From Candidatus Methylomirabilis tolerans (GTDB lineage Bacteria > Methylomirabilota > Methylomirabilia > Methylomirabilales > Methylomirabilaceae): DNA of 64,000 nucleotides. Under the pieces are notes generated by a model. That model had not been told where the DNA came from. It searched no databases and saw only the letters and a list, made by a program, of their open reading frames with translations. The stretch spans positions 37,655-101,654 of the forward strand of contig JAIOIU010000102.1 in assembly GCA_019912425.1 (NCBI GenBank). The letters are read 5' to 3'. The translations under genes and the position numbers were made by a program. This document shows, in pieces, positions 1 through 7,206 of this stretch. The stretch's first letter is position 1; every line of letters begins with the position of its first letter.

Positions 1-1059
1 CGCGGGGTCGTGTCCGCCGCCTCGTATGAAGCCCGCGCGTTCGGCATCCACTCGGCCATGCCGATCAGCCAAGCCTACCGGCGGTGTCCGGATGGGGTGT
101 TCCTCCCGGTACGGATGTCGCACTATCAGGCCGTCTCCGCGCACATCTTCCAGATCTTTTCCCGATACACCGACCTCGTAGAGCCGCTCAGTCTGGATGA
201 GGCCTTCCTGGACGTGACCGGGAGCCTCCGGCTCTTCGGCCCTGCAGAGAGCATTGGACGGCGGATCCAGGCGGAGATCCGAGCCGAGACGGCGCTTGGG
301 GCCTCCGTCGGCATCGCCGCCAACAAGTTCGTCGCCAAGGTCGCCTCCGACCTGCGGAAACCGAACGGCTTCGTGGTCGTTCCGCCCAGGCAGGAGGCCG
401 GCTTCCTCCAGGCCCTGCCGATCGAACGGCTCTGGGGTGTCGGGCCGAAGACCGCAGGACGTCTGCGTCGGATGGGACTCACGACTATCGGCGAGGTGGC
501 GGCCCGACCTCAACTGGAGCTGGCAGCCGGCTTCGGACAGTTAGGCACGCATCTGTGGGAGTTGGCCCATGGGATCGATACGCGAGAGGTGATCCCGGAG
601 GAGCCTGCCAAATCGGTAGGAGCAGAGACTACATTTGCAGAGGATACCGCCGATCCTGCTCGGATCCGTCAGACGCTGCTGGCCCTGTCGGAGCGGGTGG
701 CTCGGCATCTGCGGGTGGATGCGCTGCAGGCCGGCGCCCTGACCCTGAAACTGCGGGATGAGACCTTCCGGACCCAGACCAGATCGGCCTCGCTGTCGGA
801 GCCCACCGATCAGCCTCAGGACCTCTACCGGATGGCGATGATGCTGCTGGAGCGGCTGCCCACCTCGGGCCGCAAGGTGCGTCTCTTGGGAGTGGCAGCC
901 TCGAAGCTGTCTGATCGCGCGGGATCGGGACAGCAACTTTCGTTGGAGCTGGATCCTGCCGGTGCCAAGCAGCGCCGATTGACGGAGGCTGTGGATCGTA
1001 TCCAGGCGCGGTTCGGGAAGAAGGCGATCCGTCCCGCCAGCCTGCTCACCCGCAGTTGA
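1..1059 (+). CDS. dinB: DNA polymerase IV (Y-family translesion polymerase), N-terminus cut by window edge
   Basis: ORF 10..1059, frame open back to base 1. Translation SAASYEARAFGIHSAMP...LSLDEAFLDVTGS...ASVGIAANKFVAKVASD...ERLWGVGPKT carries the conserved DinB/UmuC motifs. Confidence 0.9.
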   Translation, partial: RGVVSAASYEARAFGIHSAMPISQAYRRCPDGVFLPVRMSHYQAVSAHIFQIFSRYTDLVEPLSLDEAFLDVTGSLRLFGPAESIGRRIQAEIRAETALGASVGIAANKFVAKVASDLRKPNGFVVVPPRQEAGFLQALPIERLWGVGPKTAGRLRRMGLTTIGEVAARPQLELAAGFGQLGTHLWELAHGIDTREVIPEEPAKSVGAETTFAEDTADPARIRQTLLALSERVARHLRVDALQAGALTLKLRDETFRTQTRSASLSEPTDQPQDLYRMAMMLLERLPTSGRKVRLLGVAASKLSDRAGSGQQLSLELDPAGAKQRRLTEAVDRIQARFGKKAIRPASLLTRS

Positions 1060-1073
1060 CCACGTATCCCTTG

Positions 1074-1103
1074 TTGACCTTTATATGATACATTGTATAT
1101 TAT
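1074..1103 (+). promoter_or_regulatory. putative sigma70 promoter with palindromic operator candidate for the HigB/HigA-like pair
   Basis: TTGACC 1074-1079, 16-nt spacer, TATATT 1096-1101 (or TATTAT 1098-1103). Palindrome ATACA-T-TGTAT at 1088-1098. About 10 nt upstream of ATG 1114. Confidence 0.4.
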
Positions 1104-1113
1104 ATGGTACAGA

Positions 1114-1470
1114 ATGGCAGAGGACTCACAGCCCCAAAAGATTCCGCTGGCCTTCTACCGCACACCGGCGGGCAGCGAGCCCGTAAAGGAATGGCTGAAG
1201 GGCTTGGATGAGGCGGAGCGCCGCGCAATAGGACAAGACCTCCTTCGGGCACAATGGCGGTGGCCTGTGAGCAAGCCACTATGCCGATCGATCGGTAGCG
1301 GCCTATGGGAGATTCGCACGGACTTGCCGACAAGACGGACGGCGCGCGTGCTGATTTGCTGTTACCGTCGGCATCTGATTGCACTGCACGGGTTCATCAA
1401 GAAAGCGCAGGCGACGCCAGGGGAGGATATTGCAATTGCACGAAAACGTCAGAAGGAGCTGGAACGATGA
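1114..1470 (+). CDS. type II toxin, RelE/ParE superfamily (HigB / phage Gp49-like)
   Basis: ORF 1093..1470 with start moved to ATG 1114 (MAEDSQ). Small basic protein with GLWEIR...ARVLICCYRRHLIALHGFIKK, typical of Gp49/HigB-type toxins. Its stop overlaps the next ATG (ATGA at 1467-1470). Confidence 0.75.
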   Translation: MAEDSQPQKIPLAFYRTPAGSEPVKEWLKGLDEAERRAIGQDLLRAQWRWPVSKPLCRSIGSGLWEIRTDLPTRRTARVLICCYRRHLIALHGFIKKAQATPGEDIAIARKRQKELER

Positions 1471-1745
1471 GTAAGAAGCGTATAGGGTCGAGTATCGACG
1501 ACTTCCTCAAGGAGGAAGGTATCTTCGAAGAGGCTCAGGCGAAGGCGATCAAGGAGGTCGTGGCGTGGCAGCTTGCTGATGCCATGAAGAAGCAGCACAT
1601 CTCCAAAAACAAAATGGCTACGTTGCTGAAGACAAGCCGCTCCCAGGTGGACCGCCTGCTTGATCCAACACGTGACATCACGCTTTCTAGTCTACAACGG
1701 GCGGCATTAATGGTCGGTCGTCGTATCAGCATCGAACTGGTCTAG
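1467..1745 (+). CDS. XRE-type helix-turn-helix antitoxin (HigA-like)
   Basis: Internal ATG 1467 of ORF 1305..1745 (MSKKRIGSS...). HTH segment ISKNKMATLLKTSRSQVDRLL. Translationally coupled to the upstream toxin. Confidence 0.7.
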   Translation: MSKKRIGSSIDDFLKEEGIFEEAQAKAIKEVVAWQLADAMKKQHISKNKMATLLKTSRSQVDRLLDPTRDITLSSLQRAALMVGRRISIELV

Positions 1746-1853
1746 ACCCGCCTTTTTATCGCGCCCTTTCCGGACAATGACCGACTAATCCTGGAAGCCG
1801 CAATCTTCAGTCAAGCCACTCATCCGCAAAAGTCTATGTTGTCAATGCCCATG

Positions 1854-1886
1854 CCGTTCGCCCTGAGCGCGTCGAAGGGTGAACGG
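1854..1886. repeat. REP-like hairpin between convergent genes
   Basis: CCGTTCGCCCT-gagcgcgtcga-AGGGTGAACGG, an 11-bp stem with one G-U. The sequence class translates as ..FALSASKGE.., as seen in spurious ORFs of many bacterial intergenic repeats. Confidence 0.5.
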
Positions 1887-1919
1887 GGGTTTACAGGGCA
1901 GGCTCAAAAGCGCGAGGTA

Positions 1920-2381
1920 TCAGTCCTCGGCGTCCGTTCTCGGGGAGTCCCCTGAGTCGTGAGATTCGCCATAGCCGAAGGCTTCCTTGGTGGTGTGGCG
2001 ACGGGGGGAGGCGTTGTTTATTAGATAGCGCCGCGTGGTGTCCTCTATGATATCGGTGCGGAGGTTGTCGTCGCGACTGAACAGACACTCACCACGTAAG
2101 ACGTAGAGGCGGAAGGAAATCGGCGCCGTATTGAGGGTACGGACATCGACTGGGAGCTTGATCTTGCCGCTCAGGTGCGCCGACAGATTAGCAGCCAAAG
2201 CGTTGTTGAAGTGGCCGCTGGAGAGGTAGACGCCGATATCTATGTTATGGAATGCTTCAGATTTGAGAAATGAGCCGTAGACGTAGGCGAAGAGCACATC
2301 AGGCTCACGTGAAAGCTCGGTAGCGATCTGCTCCCGGATCGCGCCGCGTTCCTCCTGGCTGAGCCGGTAGAGCCGTTCCAT
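1920..2381 (-). CDS. MntA-like nucleotidyltransferase antitoxin, orphan copy (no HepT partner)
   Basis: ORF 1920..2573 with start moved to ATG 2381 (MERLYRLSQEERGAIREQI...). Clear paralog of the MntA at 6379..6789 (GSF...DIG NTase core). The C-terminus diverges after KEAFG and runs on as YGESHDSGDSPRTDAED where the paralog overlaps hepT. Confidence 0.7.
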   Translation of the reverse strand: MERLYRLSQEERGAIREQIATELSREPDVLFAYVYGSFLKSEAFHNIDIGVYLSSGHFNNALAANLSAHLSGKIKLPVDVRTLNTAPISFRLYVLRGECLFSRDDNLRTDIIEDTTRRYLINNASPRRHTTKEAFGYGESHDSGDSPRTDAED

Positions 2382-2397
2382 CAGCTTCGTCCTCTCC

Positions 2398-2494
2398 TCA
2401 GTGCTTGTTCGCCTCCCATTCTTCCCGGCAGGCTGCGCACCGCTGGGTGAAGGTAGCGGGTACCTTTCATCACAATTACAGGGGCACCGGCGGA
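2398..2494 (-). pseudogene. frameshifted C-terminal zinc-finger remnant of a TraR/DksA-family gene
   Basis: Minus-strand reading gives RRCPCNCDERYPLP in one frame and ATFTQRCAACREEWEANKH-stop in another. Compare the intact gene end RCAGCGDEIPLPRLQALPFAQRCAACQEEWEAEKR-stop at 6806. No N-terminal part is present. Confidence 0.65.
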
Positions 2495-2497
2495 CGC

Positions 2498-2773
2498 TCA
2501 AGCCATGGTGGGCTGAATGTCGACGCTTGCCCGGTAGCCAAGGCGACCCAGCATTTCGACAGCATCCTCCCACGTGAGGCCAAATGCCGACACATCTGCG
2601 AGGCCAAGCCGGGCAACTGCGTCGCGAATAACCTCGAGGTCTTTCGTGTCGAACTGGCCCTCGTTGAAGGCATCATGGGCCCAGGATACGACCTCGGCCA
2701 GAGTCCGATGGCCTTGAAGATAGGCTGCAAGCTGCTCCGCTACTGTTTCCCGAGTAATTATAGATGACGGCAT
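2498..2773 (-). CDS. small hypothetical protein (91 aa)
   Basis: Last 91 codons of ORF 2498..3100, from ATG 2773 (MPSSIITRETVAEQLAAYLQGHRTLAEVVSWAHDAF...GLTWEDAVEMLGRLGY). Acidic, helical, no signal peptide. The upstream part of the long ORF reads through a repeat element and is not credible. Confidence 0.5.
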   Translation of the reverse strand: MPSSIITRETVAEQLAAYLQGHRTLAEVVSWAHDAFNEGQFDTKDLEVIRDAVARLGLADVSAFGLTWEDAVEMLGRLGYRASVDIQPTMA

Positions 2774-2789
2774 AAGTCTCAGGCAATTT

Positions 2790-2851
2790 GTCATTCCGGG
2801 CTTGACCCGGAATCCAGTGCCTTTCTGGATTCCCGCCTTCGCGGGAATGAC
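2790..2851. repeat. structured REP/MITE-like element (the IPAKAGIQ...RGND class)
   Basis: GTCATTCC...GGAATGAC termini. Nested hairpins CCGGG-cttga-CCCGG, GGAATCCAG-tgccttt-CTGGATTCC and CCCGC-cttc-GCGGG. Translates as VIPAKAGIQKGTGFRVKPGMT in the spurious long ORF. Confidence 0.7.
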
Positions 2852-2899
2852 GTTCGTTGTCACGACGTAAGAGGTGCGGAGCCTCAGCCTGCAGATCGT

Positions 2900-2975
2900 T
2901 GCCCCGCTCCTCCCAGTCTTCCTGGCAGGCTGCGCAGCGCCGGGCGAAGGGGAGGGCCTGCGTTGGGCAGCCGCC
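2900..2975 (-). pseudogene. second TraR/DksA C-terminal remnant (second CxxC half only)
   Basis: Minus-strand reading gives GGCPTQALPFARRCAACQEDWEERG, alignable at DNA level with 6815-6870. It has no start and no stop of its own and abuts the REP element. Confidence 0.55.
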
Positions 2976-3050
2976 TCGATTGTCATTGACGAAGTCGAGA
3001 GTCGTTCCGGAAGCGGATGAAATGAATTGCGCTTAGTTGGAATGTCTCGT

Positions 3051-5099
3051 CTAGTTACTCGAGCTCTTCTCGGAATGCTTGGCTCGGATAGCCTCGGCAC
3101 GAACCTCCATTTTCTCCGCTTCGCTCTCCCGGTTTATCGTTCGGAGTAGGGCGGCGTAATTTCTCAAGATCTTCGCTACGTCTGGGTGCTCCGGGCCTAG
3201 CACTTTTTCCCTTATTGTCAGCGCTCGCCTGAAGAGGGGCTCGGCTTTAGCGTACTGACCCTGTTCCCGGTACAGCTCCGCCAAGTTGTTGAGACTTGTG
3301 GCCACGTCTGGGTGCTCCGGTCCGAGCACCTTCTCGCGAATCGTCAGCGCTTGCTCAAAAAGCAACTCCGCCTCTCGGTAGGCGCCTCGAGCGAAAGAGA
3401 GTCCTGCCAAGTTGTTGAGGCTCTGAGTCACATCCGGATGTTCCGATCCGAGCACCTTCTCGCGAATCGTCAGTGCTCGTCTGTGGAGCGACTCGGCCTG
3501 GGCGTACTTGCCCTGCGCGCTGTACAGTGCCGCCAAGTTGTTGAAGCTCACGGCTACGTTGGGATGCTCCCGCCCGAGAGCCTTCTCCGTGATCGCCAGC
3601 GCCCGTTCGGAGAGCGGTGTAGCCTGAGCGTACAGACCCTGAGCGTAGTACGAGGCCGCCAAGTTGTTGAGACTTGTGGCCACGTCGGGGTGCTCCGGTC
3701 CGAGCACCTTCTCGCGAATCCCCAGCGCCTGTTTGTAGAGTAGCTCGGCCTGCGCGTACTCGCCGTGATCATGGTACAGCGCCGCCAAGTTGTTGAGACT
3801 CGTGGCCACGTCGGGGTGCTCCAGGCCCAGCGTTTGTTCCATTATCCCCAGCGCCCGCCTGTAAAGCGGCTCGGCCTGAGCGTACAGACCCTGGGCGAAG
3901 TACAGTGCTGCCAAGTTGTTCAAACTTGTGGCTACGTGGAGGTGCTCCGATCCGAGAACCTTCTCGCGAATCTCCAACGCCCGCCTGTAGAGCAGCTCAG
4001 CTTGGGCGTACTCGCCCTGATTGTGGTACAGTGCCGCCCAGTTGTTGAGACTTGTGGCCACGTCGGGGTGTTCTGGGCCTAGCGCTTTTTCCACGATCCC
4101 CAGCGCCCGCCTGTAGAGCGGCGCAGCCTGGGTGTACTGACCTTGGGTCTTGTAAAGAACTGCCAAGTTGTTGAGACTTGCAGCCACCTCGGGGTGCTCC
4201 GGCCCTAGGGCTTTCTCCACTATCCCCAGCGCCTGTTTGTACAGCAGTTCGGCTTTCGCATATTCCCCACCTTGGTATAAGGATAATCCCAGGTTATTGA
4301 GGATTATGCTGTCGTCTGCGCGCAGGGCTGCCGCTTTCTGATAAGCAGCGGCTGACTCGCGATACCTGCCCTGGTAATAGAGAGACCTGCCAAGGAAAAA
4401 CGCCGCATCCACTACCTTCGCTTGTATCCCTCCCAGCTCCCCCTCCCGCATCCGTAGTGATTCCGACAAGTGGAGTGTTGCTTCCGGATAGTTTTCCACG
4501 TAGAGGGCAGCGAGTCCTTTCTCGTAGGGATCTTTCGTCTTATGGAGCCAGGCGCGAACGGCGCGATCTACCTCATCCGGCTCCAGGCCGTATGCCTTCG
4601 CTTGCTCGGCAAGCATTGTCCGGCGCTGCTCTTCGGTGGTCTTTTCACTAACCGACTTAGGCGCGAGTCTTTCCAAGGCGCCGGCAGTTATCGCTGCCAA
4701 GGCTCTTGGATCCTCTAGCATGGCCCTGTGGCCCCGCTTCACTAGCGTGATCGACGCGAAGTTCTCCGGGGCGTTCTCAAACCGCGGTACCACCACCCGA
4801 CCGTCCCGAGGACTGATAAACACCCAGTCCGCCTCACCGCCAGGCCCCTTCACAACCTGCAGCGATACTAAGTGTCCTGGTTGGGTTTTCGCTGCAAGCC
4901 GTAGCCGCGTCTTTCCTGCACGGTCGGTGGGCGGCCCTGTCGAGCCATCGCCCTTGGTACTCAACACAACTCCAGCAAGAGGCTGATCCTGTATATTGGC
5001 TACGTGAAGCACCAGAACGCCCTCTTCTGCGTAGACCGAACCGCACCAGGCGGCAGTGGCCACAATTCCTACGCAAAATCCGCGAGCCAACTGGCGCAC
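3051..5099 (-). CDS. secreted tetratricopeptide-repeat protein (KLC-like TPR_10/12 array) with N-terminal beta-sandwich region
   Basis: 682-aa ORF. Signal-peptide-like N-terminus MRQLARGFCVGIVATAAWCGSVYA. About ten 42-aa repeats of LGPEHPDVATSLNNLAxLYxxQGxYAQAEPLYRRALxIREKV. Confidence 0.85.
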   Translation of the reverse strand: MRQLARGFCVGIVATAAWCGSVYAEEGVLVLHVANIQDQPLAGVVLSTKGDGSTGPPTDRAGKTRLRLAAKTQPGHLVSLQVVKGPGGEADWVFISPRDGRVVVPRFENAPENFASITLVKRGHRAMLEDPRALAAITAGALERLAPKSVSEKTTEEQRRTMLAEQAKAYGLEPDEVDRAVRAWLHKTKDPYEKGLAALYVENYPEATLHLSESLRMREGELGGIQAKVVDAAFFLGRSLYYQGRYRESAAAYQKAAALRADDSIILNNLGLSLYQGGEYAKAELLYKQALGIVEKALGPEHPEVAASLNNLAVLYKTQGQYTQAAPLYRRALGIVEKALGPEHPDVATSLNNWAALYHNQGEYAQAELLYRRALEIREKVLGSEHLHVATSLNNLAALYFAQGLYAQAEPLYRRALGIMEQTLGLEHPDVATSLNNLAALYHDHGEYAQAELLYKQALGIREKVLGPEHPDVATSLNNLAASYYAQGLYAQATPLSERALAITEKALGREHPNVAVSFNNLAALYSAQGKYAQAESLHRRALTIREKVLGSEHPDVTQSLNNLAGLSFARGAYREAELLFEQALTIREKVLGPEHPDVATSLNNLAELYREQGQYAKAEPLFRRALTIREKVLGPEHPDVAKILRNYAALLRTINRESEAEKMEVRAEAIRAKHSEKSSSN
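3130..4330. repeat. tandem 126-bp coding repeats (TPR units)
   Basis: The motif gccaagttgttgag... recurs at 3283, 3409, 3535, 3661, 3787, 3913, 4039(variant) and 4165, an exact 126-bp period. Confidence 0.85.
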
Positions 5100-5101
5100 C
5101 G

Positions 5102-5956
5102 TTATTCCCTTTCGAGGACGATCATGACGGGCTCATCCCCTGCCGGGTGCCACTGGTTTTCTGGTGTATATCGCTCCTTTTCCACATGCAACAGAACTTG
5201 TTGTTCGTACGCCGCGTGCGCAGACAGAGTAAAGTTCCCAGTTGCCGTCGTTATCGTTGTCTCTTTCTCGTAGCCTGCGATGCTCACCCGTACTCCGGCA
5301 AGCCCACGACCTGAACTATCAAGGATCATTCCACGGATAGACGCTGAAGGGTCCCTCTTTAACTGGATCGTTATAGCAGGATTCTCCTCTGCTTCCAATT
5401 GCACGTCGTACTGACCGACAAGAAAGGTAGTTTCCTTTGAGGCGTAAATCGTGAGCTTCCCGTTCTTGGGTGTGGATGCCGCAGGGATATCAAGCTGCCA
5501 GCCGCCTGCAACCTTCTTCGGCTCTCCCCCAATCGAGGACCACACGCGGGCATCCTCGACGGGGACCTGCTGCTGATCGAGCACAGTGACACGCACCCGA
5601 TAAAGCTGATCCGTCACACTCACTGGAGCCCAGGGACTTAGCCACCACCAGAGCACCACTGCGAACACCGCAACCCCCCCGGTCGCCTTGATGGGCTTAT
5701 TTTCTACCTTGATGTGTCCTGTCAGGAAGTGGGCAGACAGACCACAGAGTAAAGCAGACGCCAAAGCTAAAATTCGCTGCTTATATTCCGGCAATGTCGC
5801 CGGAGCAAAAACGAACACCCCGATGGAAGACATGAGCAGCAGAGCCCCCAAGATTAAAGTTACTTTTGAGCGACTCTGGGCGCTGAGCGTACGGCTATCC
5901 ACTAATGCATTCTCCCGGATGTCTCCTCTGGACCATCTCACAGTATGGCGTGGCAT
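5102..5956 (-). CDS. membrane protein, three predicted TM helices plus periplasmic CarboxypepD_reg-like beta-sandwich region
   Basis: 284-aa ORF. Hydrophobic segments LILGALLLMSSIGVFVF, ILALASALLCGLSAHFL and GGVAVFAVVLWWWL. C-terminal IRGMILDSSGRGLAGVRVSIAG...TGNFTL. Its stop at 5102 lies 3 nt from the TPR start at 5099. Confidence 0.6.
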   Translation of the reverse strand: MPRHTVRWSRGDIRENALVDSRTLSAQSRSKVTLILGALLLMSSIGVFVFAPATLPEYKQRILALASALLCGLSAHFLTGHIKVENKPIKATGGVAVFAVVLWWWLSPWAPVSVTDQLYRVRVTVLDQQQVPVEDARVWSSIGGEPKKVAGGWQLDIPAASTPKNGKLTIYASKETTFLVGQYDVQLEAEENPAITIQLKRDPSASIRGMILDSSGRGLAGVRVSIAGYEKETTITTATGNFTLSAHAAYEQQVLLHVEKERYTPENQWHPAGDEPVMIVLERE

Positions 5957-5965
5957 GACTTCTGC

Positions 5966-6382
5966 TCAGATGAGTTTGACGATCGCCGAGGCGAAGCTTC
6001 TCAGGTCGCCTAAATGTTGGCGGATGATCTCGTGAACCTGCCCGTAGTCGATCTTCCAGTACACATGGACGAGGAGATTCCGGAAGCGTGCCATCTGTTG
6101 AAGGCGTTCCATGAGGGAAGCGGGGATGATTCCGGCGTCGCCAAGTAATCCGAAACACTCCGCGTATTCATCGGGGACGCGATTCAAGTGTTTTGCTGAA
6201 ACGTGATAGCAGAGGGCGAGGGCGGCCTCGATGGCCAGCAAGAGTCGGTAGCACGCGATGTCCAGCGCATCCTGATCGGCCAGAAATGCTTCGCGGGAAA
6301 GGGCAGCGAGCCGTTCGAGACGTTCGACCGATTCTTCGATCTCTGTACACCGTGAACGGATGAGATCGGAGTTCAGGGTCAT
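5966..6382 (-). CDS. hepT: HepT toxin (HEPN, DUF86 family) of a type VII TA pair
   Basis: ATG 6382 inside ORF 5966..6496 (MTLNSDLIRS...). R-x4-H-x-Y motif in RFRNLLVHVYW. ATGA overlap with the mntA stop (6379-6382). Confidence 0.85.
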   Translation of the reverse strand: MTLNSDLIRSRCTEIEESVERLERLAALSREAFLADQDALDIACYRLLLAIEAALALCYHVSAKHLNRVPDEYAECFGLLGDAGIIPASLMERLQQMARFRNLLVHVYWKIDYGQVHEIIRQHLGDLRSFASAIVKLI

Positions 6383-6789
6383 GTGCCGAAGGCCTCCTTC
6401 GTGGCATGACGAAGCACTGGGGCGATGTCGAAATAGCGCCGCATGGTGTCCTCCATGATGTCGGTGCGGAGGTCGTCGTTGCGACTGAGCAAACACTCAC
6501 CACGCAAGACGTGGAAGCGGAAGGAGACCGGCGCCCCGTTCAGGACGCGGGCATCGACTGGCATCTTGATCTTGCCGCTCAGGTGAGCCGACAGATTGGC
6601 AGCAATGTCGCCGTTAGTCTGGTCGGTGGATAGGTAGATCCCGATGTCTACATCGTGGAAGGCGTCAGAGTCGACAAATGAGCCGTAGACGTAGGCGAAG
6701 AGCACGTCGGGCTCACGTGAAAGCTCGGCAGCGATCTGATCCCGAATCGCGCTGCGTTCTTCCTGGCTCAGTCGGTAGAGCCGTTTCAT
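6379..6789 (-). CDS. mntA: MntA nucleotidyltransferase antitoxin
   Basis: ATG 6789 inside ORF 6379..7110 (MKRLYRLSQEERSAIRDQI...YVYGSFVDSDAFHDVDIGIYL). Sits 16 nt after the TraR/DksA stop with an aaggacgag RBS. Confidence 0.85.
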   Translation of the reverse strand: MKRLYRLSQEERSAIRDQIAAELSREPDVLFAYVYGSFVDSDAFHDVDIGIYLSTDQTNGDIAANLSAHLSGKIKMPVDARVLNGAPVSFRFHVLRGECLLSRNDDLRTDIMEDTMRRYFDIAPVLRHATKEAFGT

Positions 6790-6805
6790 CAGGCTCGTCC
6801 TTGCA

Positions 6806-7198
6806 TCATCGTTTTTCTGCTTCCCACTCTTCCTGGCAGGCTGCGCAACGCTGGGCGAAGGGCAGGGCCTGCAGGCGGGGAAGGGGGATCTCGTCGCCGC
6901 ATCCGGCGCAGCGGCCGTACGTCCCGGCCTTGTGGCGCTGGATGGCCACCTCGATCGCCTGAAGCTGTTGCTGCTGCTGCGCCACCATGGCCAGGCTGAT
7001 GTTGCCCTCCGGCGCCGCGCCCCAGCCGTGAGAACCCGGCGCATCCCGCATCTGAGACTCCTCCCGCCGCTCGTGAAGCGCCTGACGGATCCGCGCGGCA
7101 AGCCGCTCACGCCGTTCGGTCAGCAACCCCAGGAGTTGCGAGCTTCTGTCCTCTGAGTCTACCTGTGTCTGATTACGCTGCTCCACCGACGACCTCAT
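6806..7198 (-). CDS. TraR/DksA-family C4 zinc-finger protein
   Basis: 130-aa ORF. Coiled-coil N-terminal half. C-terminal CAGCGDEIPLPRLQALPFAQRCAAC four-Cys finger. Confidence 0.8.
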   Translation of the reverse strand: MRSSVEQRNQTQVDSEDRSSQLLGLLTERRERLAARIRQALHERREESQMRDAPGSHGWGAAPEGNISLAMVAQQQQQLQAIEVAIQRHKAGTYGRCAGCGDEIPLPRLQALPFAQRCAACQEEWEAEKR

Positions 7199-7206
7199 TC
7201 GGAAAG

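Noticed and set aside
2498-3100. 200-aa ORF taken at face value
   Set aside because: Its N-terminal 109 codons read through a TraR/DksA fragment in the wrong frame and through the REP element (VIPAKAGIQKGTGFRVKPGMT). Only the last 91 codons, from ATG 2773, look like a gene.
1920-7198. Interpretation of the TraR/DksA-fragment cassettes as an integron or integrative element
   Set aside because: The window holds no integrase or recombinase gene, no attC-like imperfect palindromes of the right size at cassette ends, and no tRNA target. The observation is kept as a finding, but the integron label is rejected.
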